From Dehalococcoidia bacterium (GTDB lineage Bacteria > Chloroflexota > Dehalococcoidia > Lucifugimonadales > UBA3495), in the NCBI GenBank assembly GCA_965207275.1, contig CBDBMH010000001.1:553244-617243 (forward strand): a stretch of DNA of 64,000 nucleotides, in the 5' to 3' direction. Below, piece by piece: positions 37,401-44,689 of this stretch. Each line of letters begins with the position of its first letter. Within the stretch, counting starts at the first letter, position 1. Below the pieces are notes generated by a model. It was not told the DNA's origin. It did not search any database and was given only the letters and a program-made list of their open reading frames with translations. A program made the translations under genes and the position numbers.

Positions 37401-40027
37401 AGCGTCACCGTCGCGCCGCTGACCGCAACCTCGTTGGGGGATATGACGCCGACGGGAATCCCCTGATGGTAGGCGCCGTGCACCGCGAAGGACTGGCGCA
37501 ACCCGTACTGCGGCGCCGCGCTGAGCGCCGCCAGGCTCTCGCTGAAGGCCAGCGTCACGATCTTCCCATCGGTGGCGGCCACGGCCGCCGCCGTCACCGT
37601 TGGCGTTCTGGTGACCGAGCCGTTGACGCGGATCTGCAAAGCATTCTCGCTGGGTTGTCTCCAGATGCCTACCTGATGTGTGTGGGTTTTGTTTGCTATC
37701 GACCAGCCGGTCTGTCCGCCGGTATCTTCCCCGTCCGACAGCGTCAAGGACAGCGTCCCTCCCCCCGTCGTCGTGCTCAGGACCACGTAGTACTTCGTGC
37801 TGGCGGACAGCGTGGTGTTCGCCGGCGCAGTGAAGGTGAGGTCGGCGGCGGCCAGCGTAGTCGGATTGGTCAGCGTGGCAACTACTGTCCCCGTAGGCGA
37901 ACCCTGCCGGACCCTCACCCTCAAGTTGGAATCCGGCCCATGCTGGAACTTCACGTCGACGCTAGTCAGGGTCGCTGGGTCCGTCCCCGTCGTGAACTCT
38001 TGGGCGTGGGCAGACGTAAGCACCCCGCCTTGGTAAGGGGTGGCTGACTGACCAATGTTGGAGACGAGCACCGGCTCAGCCACCATAATATCGAAGGTGT
38101 CACTGACCGAGTTCGTGGAGTCGCTGGCGGTCACCTTGACCGACAACGTGGCGGCGTCGGTGGGCTGCGGCGTGCCCGAGAAGGTGCGGGTCGACGGCGT
38201 GAAGGTCAGCCAGGACGGCAGCGCGCTGTCGTCCGCCTGAGTCGCCGTGTAGGTCAACGTGTCGCCGTCGGCGTCAGTGAACGTGTTGGACGGGAAGGCA
38301 TAACTGAATGGCACTCCGACCTTCGCACTTTGATCCGGGATTTCGTTCGCCACCGTTGGCGTTCTGGTGACCGAGCCGTTGACGCGGATCTGCAAAGCAT
38401 TCTCGCTGGGTTGTCTCCAGATGCCTACCTGATGTGTGTGGGTTTTGTTTGCTATCGACCAGCCGGTCTGTCCGCCGGTATCTTCCCCGTCCGACAGCGT
38501 CAAGGACAGCGTCCCTCCCCCCGTCGTCGTGCTCAGGACCACGTAGTACTTCGTGCTGGCGGACAGCGTGGTGTTCGCCGGCGCAGTGAAGGTGAGGTCG
38601 GCGGCGGCCAGCGTAGTCGGATTGGTCAGCGTGGCAACTACTGTCCCCGTAGGCGAACCCTGCCGGACCCTCACCCTCAAGTTGGAATCCGGCCCATGCT
38701 GGAACTTCACGTCGACGCTAGTCAGGGTCGCTGGGTCCGTCCCCGTCGTGAACTCTTGGGCGTGGGCAGACGTAAGCACCCCGCCTTGGTAAGGGGTGGC
38801 TGACTGCCCAATGTTGGAGACGAGCACGTCCGAAACGGACACCGTGATATCGAAGGTGTCGCTGACCGAGTTCTTGGAGTCGTCGGCGGTCACCTTGACC
38901 GACAACGTGCCGGTGTCGGTGGGCTGCGGCGTGCCCGAGAAGGTGCGGGTCGACGGCGTGAAGGTCAGCCAGGACGGCAGCGCGCTGTCGTCCGCCTGGG
39001 TCGCCGTGTAGGTCAGTGTGTCGCCGCTGTCGGCGTCGTTGAAGGTGTTGGCCGGGAACTGGTAGCTGAAGGCCGATCCCGCCGTCGCGCTCTGGTCCGG
39101 GATCGCGTTCGCCACCGTAGGGAAGTTGTTGGTGCATTGGGTGCTGCTGAATGTCGTCTCGTAGGTCAGCTTCGCCTCCACCGTCGCGCCGTGCGGGTCG
39201 GTGGCCGTAAAGGTGACGACCGTGTGGTGCCTCGGGCTCGTTGGGAGCGGGGTGAGCTGGGCCAATCGGCACTGGGTCTTCGCCTTGAAGAACTGCCTGC
39301 CCAGGGTCTTGCTCCATTCTCTGTCGCCCGGGACATGGATGTCGTCGCGGCTCCAGGTTCGCGAGATCGTCAGGGTGTCGCCGTCGGGGTCGCTGACGCT
39401 GATCGGCAATGACACCAGCGTGCCGGACGGCGCGTTGATGGTGGCCCCCGCCCCGCTGAACACGGGGAGGTTGTTGGCGCCGTTCACCTTGTGGTTGGCC
39501 TGGGAAGTCCTCGGCAGGCCCGCGAAGGTGAGTCCGGCGTTGTTGTTGGTGAGGTCCTTCAGCGTGGCGCCGCTCGCCAGGAAAACCACCGCGTTGTTGA
39601 CGTGCCTCAGGGCCACGCCGCTGGGGTCCACGTCCGCCTCCACCACCGTGTAGGTGAAGGTCAGCGACGGCCCCGCGCCGCTCGTCCCCAGGCCGACCAG
39701 GGAGAAATCCCGGTCCGCCGAGCCGACCTGCGCGCGGGTCGTGATCGCCGCGTTGGCCGCACTCTTATCCCAATACACGTCCTGGTTCCAGGTGACCGTC
39801 ATCTGAATCAGGTCGCCGCGCATGTAGGTGTCCGGCGTCCCGTCGCCGTCCGCGTCGTGATTCGGCGTCGAGCTGATGGTGATGGCGGTGATGCTGGGCG
39901 CGGAGCTCTGCGCCTCCGCCGGACCGGGGCCGGTCGTCAGGACCAGGGCGAAGGCGGCAGCGAACAGGGCCAGCAGGCCAAGGAGTAGCCACCGGCGGAA
40001 GAAGGGTGAAAAAGCTGGGAACCTCAC
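32657..40027 (-). CDS. Giant secreted repeat protein (2456 aa) with cadherin-like (dystroglycan-type) and other Ig-like repeats
   Basis: GTG start with GGAGGTGA SD. Signal peptide LLLGLLALFAAAFALVLTTGPGPAEA. CADG-like units PDQSA..G..FSY.FP.NTF.DAD.GDTLTYTATQADDSALPSWLTFTPSTRTFSGTP. Many tandem units. Ends ...HKVDWQQ. Confidence 0.85.
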   Translation of the reverse strand: MRFPAFSPFFRRWLLLGLLALFAAAFALVLTTGPGPAEAQSSAPSITAITISSTPNHDADGDGTPDTYMRGDLIQMTVTWNQDVYWDKSAANAAITTRAQVGSADRDFSLVGLGTSGAGPSLTFTYTVVEADVDPSGVALRHVNNAVVFLASGATLKDLTNNNAGLTFAGLPRTSQANHKVNGANNLPVFSGAGATINAPSGTLVSLPISVSDPDGDTLTISRTWSRDDIHVPGDREWSKTLGRQFFKAKTQCRLAQLTPLPTSPRHHTVVTFTATDPHGATVEAKLTYETTFSSTQCTNNFPTVANAIPDQSATAGSAFSYQFPANTFNDADSGDTLTYTATQADDSALPSWLTFTPSTRTFSGTPQPTDTGTLSVKVTADDSKNSVSDTFDITVSVSDVLVSNIGQSATPYQGGVLTSAHAQEFTTGTDPATLTSVDVKFQHGPDSNLRVRVRQGSPTGTVVATLTNPTTLAAADLTFTAPANTTLSASTKYYVVLSTTTGGGTLSLTLSDGEDTGGQTGWSIANKTHTHQVGIWRQPSENALQIRVNGSVTRTPTVANEIPDQSAKVGVPFSYAFPSNTFTDADGDTLTYTATQADDSALPSWLTFTPSTRTFSGTPQPTDAATLSVKVTASDSTNSVSDTFDIMVAEPVLVSNIGQSATPYQGGVLTSAHAQEFTTGTDPATLTSVDVKFQHGPDSNLRVRVRQGSPTGTVVATLTNPTTLAAADLTFTAPANTTLSASTKYYVVLSTTTGGGTLSLTLSDGEDTGGQTGWSIANKTHTHQVGIWRQPSENALQIRVNGSVTRTPTVTAAAVAATDGKIVTLAFSESLAALSAAPQYGLRQSFAVHGAYHQGIPVGVISPNEVAVSGATVTLTLGSGVPIGKEATVSYIPEGSGDGQRLRYAGGDKLGSFTVTAARPAADPPPVPVAARVEGAKLTLTFDRALDESWAPAGSRFRVQSSAPIPTAGVLVSNIGKSVDPSRGHLLRNTTAAQGFTTGSSTVTLTSVDVKFSIAPGSDLRVRVLQDTHTGTEVATLTNPSTLAAGNLTFTAPAIKVLAANTTYYVVVDSTNTGTLSMTADHGEDTGGEPGWSIENGSYERGHGSWAWLAVNTALIRVNGTGAGTGTSTQVQGMGTATVNGNHVTVPLASAVPVGHTPRVYYDPPGDDANPLRGASSGSPVEYINGIWANVAAASAPALDSAVVAGTKVTLYYNEALDTGSVPATSAFTVTAAGSGVTVSSVAVSETAVTLTLASSVAASSAVTVSYTAPGTNPVRDLAGANAGNLSNEAMTNLGPTDTGAPAVASAKVYTAGVGDGSADQSSVLTLTFDKELDPASVPAASAFTFSHVWFSAESVVVRGKKVELGLPEKLYPCTDSFTVSYAKPASGGLRNLWDTEANDISGQAVTYGGTETCVPGFERPTIGSLILHGTRPFDTDYQPQPEWFTVKASSGPVTVTAAAFDPDDASRLVLSLSRDFVAGETISFSYRRPRGHPGLWNIDGNQIADVIDMPVVNTVGHPPTVNAVSITSDPGDDDTYAMGETVRVRLTFSKAMDVATTGGRPRLKIDMDPADWGEQWAVYESGSATNELVFFHPVVEPNLSTRGIAVLADTLELNGGAIVSASSQTDADLSHDGLDHDPDHKVDWQLPPPQSPPGGANRAPMFVGDAPGSMNAPSATLVSLVASKADFRDPDGDALTFSLSTVRDDVHVPGDLLYSDATQRIFFKANTECALASLDPPLPQTYESVVTMTATDPDGATGSVTATFRTTREDFGCPSLSTATVDGATVTLEFDGDLGWSYDWPAADQFVLKADGAAVSLADARPVTTGDTITLTLAAPVHAGQTVTVSYVPGDSPVAVAFADQPAVNNTPAPAVTAVATVSDPGADDTYAKDDVIRIRVTFDEAVDVDTSGGTPRLKLKMDPNYGEKWASYASGSGATALIFTFTVVEPNYSSQGIAVLANTLELNGGDIESVNTDADANLSHTGLAHDSGHKVDWEQQEQSQNSPATGAPAITGTARVGETLTADTSGISDSDGITGATFSYQWVAAGADISGATGSTYTLASADQGKAVRVRVSFTDDAGHSETLTSAATAAVAAATPPAVTAVAIVSDPGDDDTYAKDDVIQVRVTFDEAVDVDTSGGTPRLKIKMDPNYGDKWASYASGGGSTALIFTFTVVEPNYSSQGIAVLADTLELNGGGIESANTDADANLSHSGLAHDSGHKVDWQQQQQSQNSPATGAPAITGTARVGETLTADTTGISDSDGLTGATFSYQWVAADADISGATGSAYTLASGDQGKTVKVRVSFTDDAGHAETLTSTATAAVAAATPPAVTAVAIVSDPGDDDTYARDDVIRIRVTFDEAVDVDRSGGTPRLKIKMDPSYGEKWAGYASGGGSTALIFTFTVVEPNFSPQGIAVLANTLELNGGDIESASTDTDADLSHTGLAHDSNHKVDWQQ
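37590..39100 (-). repeat. Tandem 756-bp duplication inside the giant gene, about 480 bp per copy near-identical
   Basis: Shadow ORFs 37797..38036 and 38553..38792 translate identically. CACCGTTGGCGTTCTGGTGACCGAGCC occurs at 37595 and 38351, an offset of 756. Confidence 0.85.
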
Positions 40028-40032
40028 GGCGT

Positions 40033-40050
40033 CACCTCCAAAGGGAGGTG
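40033..40050 (-). promoter_or_regulatory. Hairpin sequestering the SD of the giant gene (CACCUCC-CUUU-GGAGGUG)
   Basis: On the minus strand, the 7-nt anti-SD CACCTCC pairs perfectly with the SD GGAGGTG across a 4-nt loop. The SD lies 7 nt upstream of the GTG start at 40027. Confidence 0.5.
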
Positions 40051-40092
40051 GGCGCTAGGCTCGGCGAGGTCGGGTTTAGGGCAGGAAGAGTC

Positions 40093-40103
40093 GGGGGGGG
40101 GGG
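40093..40103. repeat. Homopolymer G11 (C11 on the coding strand) upstream of the giant gene
   Basis: A run of 11 G at 40093-40103, 66-76 nt upstream of the GTG start. Confidence 0.9.
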
Positions 40104-40813
40104 TAAACTTGGCTAGAGCAACGTCCCCGGCCGGAGACGCCGCCAACGCGGCGGGCAGCCCGGCCGGGTTTGCCGGGGTCGGGGCCGCTTCAAGAGCATG
40201 ACTATGGCGATTGTTGAACACCTGCTCCGCTCCGCTTACAGTTATTTCGGGTGGGACCGCCGGGGCCGGTTCCTTATCGGAAATGGCCCATTCCTATCCC
40301 GGCATTGACATTACGCGCAAACCTGATTTCAGCCGTTGCCTGCCCCTGTCAGGAAGGGTGGAACTGATGCGCGACAACCAATGCGCAGGACGGGGGACAT
40401 TGCACCGAAGTCCTCCGCCCGGGCTGCGGTCCACTCTTGCTGTCGCGTTGCAACAGTGCAGCAGGCTGCGAGGCCCACATTGAAAATTGTGGAAGTCTCG
40501 GGCGGTCTTGCAAAGCTCATAAAGAACCAATTAATCCGGGAATTTGTGCTAGCTTTGCGATGGAGCGATTTGCCCAATGCGGTTGGTACTTTCTGCTCTT
40601 TTGGCCCGCAGGAATCTGTTGTACTTTGAAGATGGATCAACTCGCGGGGTGGAACTGGCATATGTGCTGGATCAGGTCTGCAACATCAAGGCCGACCGGA
40701 ATGCCGGGCTTGGCCACGGAGGATTGGACCCGGTGAGGGCTGGCGCCGCATCCGTGCAGCGGTGGGTGACGGGCGGCGTCCCCACCGACCCGGACGTGGT
40801 GCGCTTCGCCACC

Positions 40814-41956
40814 ATGATCTCCATCTGGGGCCGCTGGTCCATGTGGTGCGTGGTGGTCTTCCAGCTGTCCTACAGGCCGGAGACCTGGTACCCCGACGAC
40901 GCCGAGTACCTGGTCTTTCCGGTGGTCCTGGGGTTGTGCAACGGCTTCGTCCACCTCCGGGTCCGGGCGAGGAGGTACGTGACCTGGCGCTGGATGCTCT
41001 TCCTCGGAGCCGTGGACGTTACCCTGGTCACCTACAGCGTCATCCTCGGCGGCGGGGTTCCCAGCTACAGTTTCGTGGCCTACTATCCCGCCCTGGCCAT
41101 CTTCGCCGTGGTCCTGTCGTACATCTGGCTCAGTCTCACCTGGACCACGGCCACCGTCGCCGTCTACGTTACCGTGTGCCTGCTGGCGGGGGACGGCGTC
41201 GACCTGGATGCCGGGGAGGATAAGGCGCTGGTGGCGAGGTCGGCGGTGATGTACATCCTGGTGCTGGGAATCAACGTCATCACCCGTTTCGAGCGGTCGC
41301 GGTGGCGGTCTTCGGTGGCGAGGGAGCGGCGGATGCGCGAGGAGCGGATGGAACTGTCCCAGAGAATCCACGACACGACGGCCCAGACCGCCTACATGAT
41401 CGACCTGGGGATCCACCGGGCCAGGGAACTGGCCGGCGACTCCAACCCGAAGCTCATCGAGGCCCTGGACGGGACCTCCATGCTGTCGCGGTCGGCCATG
41501 TGGGAGATGCGGGGGCCCATCGACGCCGGCCACATAGTCGAGGGCCGGGAGTTGGGACGGGTCCTGTGGTCGCACTGCGCGACCTTCGAGAGGATCACGT
41601 CGGTGGCTACGGAGATGTCGCAGTCGGGGACCGAGCCTCCCCTTGCCACCGCCACCCGGGCCGGACTCTTCTCCATTGCGCACAACGCCCTGACCAATGC
41701 CTTCCTCCACGCCCGTCCGTCCCGGGTGGCGGTGGCACTGAGCTTCGGGGCCGACCGGATCGGGCTGTCCGTCTCGGACGACGGGGCGGGCCTGCCCGGA
41801 GACTATGCCCAGCGGGGCCGGGGCATAGAGGGCATGAGAGCGGAGGCCGGGCGCCTGGGTGGAGAGCTCACCATCGAGAGTTCCGAAGAAGGCGGAACGA
41901 CCGTCGCTTGCTCGGCGCCCTACCAAAGGGATGACGTGGATGACGCAGATGACTGA
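40814..41956 (+). CDS. Membrane sensor histidine kinase, NarL-partner type (HisKA_3 + HATPase)
   Basis: About 6 TM helices. H-box LSQRIHDTTAQTAYMIDLGI, N-box IAHNALTNAFLHA, G-boxes VSDDGAGLP and GRGIEGM. The start is uncertain. The maximal ORF begins at 40577, and the ATG at 40814 immediately precedes the first TM helix. Confidence 0.8.
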   Translation: MISIWGRWSMWCVVVFQLSYRPETWYPDDAEYLVFPVVLGLCNGFVHLRVRARRYVTWRWMLFLGAVDVTLVTYSVILGGGVPSYSFVAYYPALAIFAVVLSYIWLSLTWTTATVAVYVTVCLLAGDGVDLDAGEDKALVARSAVMYILVLGINVITRFERSRWRSSVARERRMREERMELSQRIHDTTAQTAYMIDLGIHRARELAGDSNPKLIEALDGTSMLSRSAMWEMRGPIDAGHIVEGRELGRVLWSHCATFERITSVATEMSQSGTEPPLATATRAGLFSIAHNALTNAFLHARPSRVAVALSFGADRIGLSVSDDGAGLPGDYAQRGRGIEGMRAEAGRLGGELTIESSEEGGTTVACSAPYQRDDVDDADD

Positions 41957-41966
41957 GGAGGCTGAG

Positions 41967-42647
41967 ATGCCGTCGGAAGGTTCGATACGGGTGATGGTGG
42001 TGGACGACCATCCCATCGTGCTGAAGGGCCTGCGGGAGGTCCTGGAGGCGTCGGGCCGCATCGAGGTGGTGGGGCTGGCCGAGGATGGGGAGGAGGCGGT
42101 GAGGATGGCCCGGGAACTGAAACCCGACGTCATCATCATGGACGTGATCATGCACCGCATGGACGGCATCGACGCCTGCCGGGAGATCATGGAGCTCCTC
42201 CCCAGCACACGGGTGATGATGCTCACGGCGTCGACCGAGGAGGATGCGGTCATCGAGGCCATCGCGGCGGGGGCCACCGGCTACCTTCAGAAGTACTCTC
42301 GGCCCGAGGAGCTGCTGCAGGCGGTCATGGACGTGGCCGAGGACCGGCTGCGAATTCCCGACCGGGCGACCAGGCAGGTCTTCGCGATGCTCCGCAACCA
42401 GCAACAGCTCGTGTCCGCCCCGGCCCTGGACCGGCTGACCGCGCTGGAGCGGGAGACCCTCAGGCTGTTCGCCAGCGGAAAGTCCTACGCGCAGATTGCC
42501 GAGCTGCGGGGCAACAGGAACGTGACGGTGCGAAACACCCTGTACCGCATACAGGATAAGCTGAGGATCAAGACCAAGCAGGAACTGGTGATCTGGGCCG
42601 TGCGTAACGGGCTCATGGACGACATCGTGGTGGGCGAGGAACCGTAG
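41967..42647 (+). CDS. NarL/FixJ-family response regulator (REC + LuxR HTH, 226 aa)
   Basis: VMVVDDHPIV and DVIIMDVIM receiver motifs. LuxR HTH LTALERETLRLFASGKSYAQIAELRGNRNVTVRNTLYRIQDKL. GAGGAGG SD. Confidence 0.9.
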   Translation: MPSEGSIRVMVVDDHPIVLKGLREVLEASGRIEVVGLAEDGEEAVRMARELKPDVIIMDVIMHRMDGIDACREIMELLPSTRVMMLTASTEEDAVIEAIAAGATGYLQKYSRPEELLQAVMDVAEDRLRIPDRATRQVFAMLRNQQQLVSAPALDRLTALERETLRLFASGKSYAQIAELRGNRNVTVRNTLYRIQDKLRIKTKQELVIWAVRNGLMDDIVVGEEP

Positions 42648-42773
42648 CCTTAGCCGGGGGCGTCGTGGGATTGGAACCGGATGGAGGATACGTTGGGAAT
42701 CTCACTGCGAAGGCCGCCAGGGGAGAAGGGAGCATTGGAGGACTTGTTGAAATCAAGGGGAGGGTCGAGATAT

Positions 42774-43175
42774 ATGAGGTTAATACCGTCGCAGTACATA
42801 CCGCTCATAGCGCTTGCGGCAGCAGTTTGCCTGATGGCCGCAACATCTTGCGGCGGAAATGACGAGGAGAAGCAGAGGGCTGCGGAGAGGACGCCGGCGC
42901 CCCCTGCCAATGAGACCGTCCCTGGAGAGATGGAGACTGCGGCGCGCACGTTTCTGGGCGGTGAGCTGGGTGTTGACGAGGGGGGACTCAGCCTCGTCAG
43001 CTCCGAAGGGATGCAGTGGTCCGACGCCAGCCTGGGATGCCCCCAGGAGGGCATGAGGTACGCCCAGGTGATTACTCCGGGCTACAAGCTGGTCTTCGAT
43101 TTGGCGGGTGCGTCCCACGCGGTGCATACCAACTCGGACGGGTCGCACATGGTGGTCTGCGGGGACGGGCGGTAG
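42774..43175 (+). CDS. Putative lipoprotein (133 aa)
   Basis: Signal peptide plus lipobox-like IPLIALAAAVCLMAATSCGG. Last GC-rich gene before the island. Confidence 0.55.
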   Translation: MRLIPSQYIPLIALAAAVCLMAATSCGGNDEEKQRAAERTPAPPANETVPGEMETAARTFLGGELGVDEGGLSLVSSEGMQWSDASLGCPQEGMRYAQVITPGYKLVFDLAGASHAVHTNSDGSHMVVCGDGR

Positions 43176-43291
43176 GGCTGGTAGGCGATTCGGCGGGTTG
43201 GCTGAATTGACTCCGCCAATGAGCAGTGTCTTGACCAAGATGCACTGAGTAAGCTCACATCTCAGCGATTGCTGAAAGAGAGGTGAAAGAA

Positions 43292-44149
43292 ATGAGTACG
43301 CTGCCAACCGTGGGCCCAATTGGGCCGGCAGATACCCAAAGACTATTCGAAGAATTGGCCGAATTGACGTGGGGATGGCTGGCTGACGCTAGGCGCTTGG
43401 GTTTAGGGTTTTCCGAAGATACCATTTCCGACTTAGCCATGCTGGAAATTGGGCGTTCTGGCTCAAACAGCGTCGGAGTTAAGCGGGTTTCGAAGCGCCG
43501 AGAGCGGGTTGTGGGATTCGACTGGCTATGGGTGATTCTCAGGTCCGGCCGGCTACCCACGTTCTATGTTGTTCAAGCGAAGAAACTGCAACTGTACGAA
43601 AGGCCTCCATACTCATACGGAAGACTGAGGTATCCCACCGGAGCAAATTACCAAATCGACGCCCTTGAGGACTTCGCAAATTGGTTAGGTGCGGTTCCGA
43701 TGTACTGCTTCTATAACAATGTTGATGACCTGACTGCCCAATTACATTGGAATTGTCAAATACAGCGGCCCCCGAATCCTCTCCAAATGGGATGCACTCT
43801 CGCCCCTCTGGATGTGGTGCGACCAATCCATGATGGCAGAGGCCCCAAGAACTTCCACGCGATTCATTGGAGGAACCCGGAAGCTCTACCTTGGAGGTGC
43901 CTGTTTCATCCCTCTTGCGCCAGTTTCAGTTTGGGCCCAGCATCAGACAGCCACCCTATCGCAAATAGGAGTGAAGGGATGAACAGGATGCTCGAATTCC
44001 TTCCAGTATTGACCTCGGGAGACGAGGATTGGATCGACGTGGAGGAACTCGTCCGCCAACTTGACCTCGACGAATTGGTCGACAGGTATGAAAGCCGGAG
44101 TTTCACACCAATACCTGACAGGATTTTCTTTGCCAATCTGGAGGACTAG
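43292..44149 (+). CDS. Restriction-endonuclease-fold (Mrr-like D...QxK) protein, island gene 1 (285 aa)
   Basis: GAGAGG SD 8 nt before the ATG. Putative PD-(D/E)XK elements are LAMLEIG (E), VVGFDWLWVI (D) and FYVVQAKKL (QxK), followed by NYQIDALEDF. The fold call is an inference from the motif pattern. Confidence 0.45.
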   Translation: MSTLPTVGPIGPADTQRLFEELAELTWGWLADARRLGLGFSEDTISDLAMLEIGRSGSNSVGVKRVSKRRERVVGFDWLWVILRSGRLPTFYVVQAKKLQLYERPPYSYGRLRYPTGANYQIDALEDFANWLGAVPMYCFYNNVDDLTAQLHWNCQIQRPPNPLQMGCTLAPLDVVRPIHDGRGPKNFHAIHWRNPEALPWRCLFHPSCASFSLGPASDSHPIANRSEGMNRMLEFLPVLTSGDEDWIDVEELVRQLDLDELVDRYESRSFTPIPDRIFFANLED

Positions 44150-44291
44150 CTAGCTTATGCTTATCGACGGCTTTGCCAGTCCTCATCGTTTCGCGGGGTC
44201 AAGGTCCGTTGCGTCAACCAGACGGAATACGAAGGGGTCGAGACTAGGGGCACCATCCGGCAACGTGTCGAACCGTCATTTGGGGCGTGAT

Positions 44292-44314
44292 TGGTGTTGT
44301 ATAATACATCACCA
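44292..44314 (+). promoter_or_regulatory. Palindromic operator overlapping a TATAAT -10 box upstream of the HTH gene
   Basis: TGGTGTTGTAT-A-ATACATCACCA forms 11-bp arms with one mismatch. TATAAT at 44300-44305 lies inside it, about 40 nt upstream of the ATG at 44343. Confidence 0.5.
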
Positions 44315-44342
44315 CTATCGCGTCCGCGTGGACGGAGACAAC

Positions 44343-44543
44343 ATGACGATGCCAGAGGAGTTCACGGTACCCCAAGCGGCGACCTACCTCAAGGTAAGTG
44401 AGGAAACCGTCCGAAGGAACATTCGGGCGAAGCGCCTTTCGGCGCTGCGACGGGGCACCCAATGGTTCATTCCTTCCGAGGTGTTGGTGCTGTTTGCCAA
44501 CTCATACGATCCGAAGACAGGGAAGATAAAGCGGATGCTCTAG
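44343..44543 (+). CDS. Excisionase/MerR-type helix-turn-helix protein, island gene 2 (66 aa)
   Basis: FTVPQAATYLKVSEETVRRNIRAKRLSALRRGTQWFIPSEVL is the classic excisionase-family DNA-binding pattern. Confidence 0.75.
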   Translation: MTMPEEFTVPQAATYLKVSEETVRRNIRAKRLSALRRGTQWFIPSEVLVLFANSYDPKTGKIKRML

Positions 44544-44609
44544 CGCCCCTTGGCACTTGAACCCTTGGCCGCGAGGAAGTAATGCAGATCAATACGTCCG
44601 GGAAACTAC

Positions 44610-44638
44610 TTGACTCAGACTAGTGGGTGCATAAGAAT
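44610..44638 (+). promoter_or_regulatory. Candidate promoter TTGACT-17 nt-AAGAAT upstream of the GHKL operon
   Basis: The -35 TTGACT is at 44610-44615 and the weak -10 at 44633-44638, about 50 nt upstream of the GTG at 44690. Confidence 0.3.
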
Positions 44639-44689
44639 GCGCCCGCGTAACGGAGCGGCACCGACCTGCTCTCCCAGGGAGAATATCTC

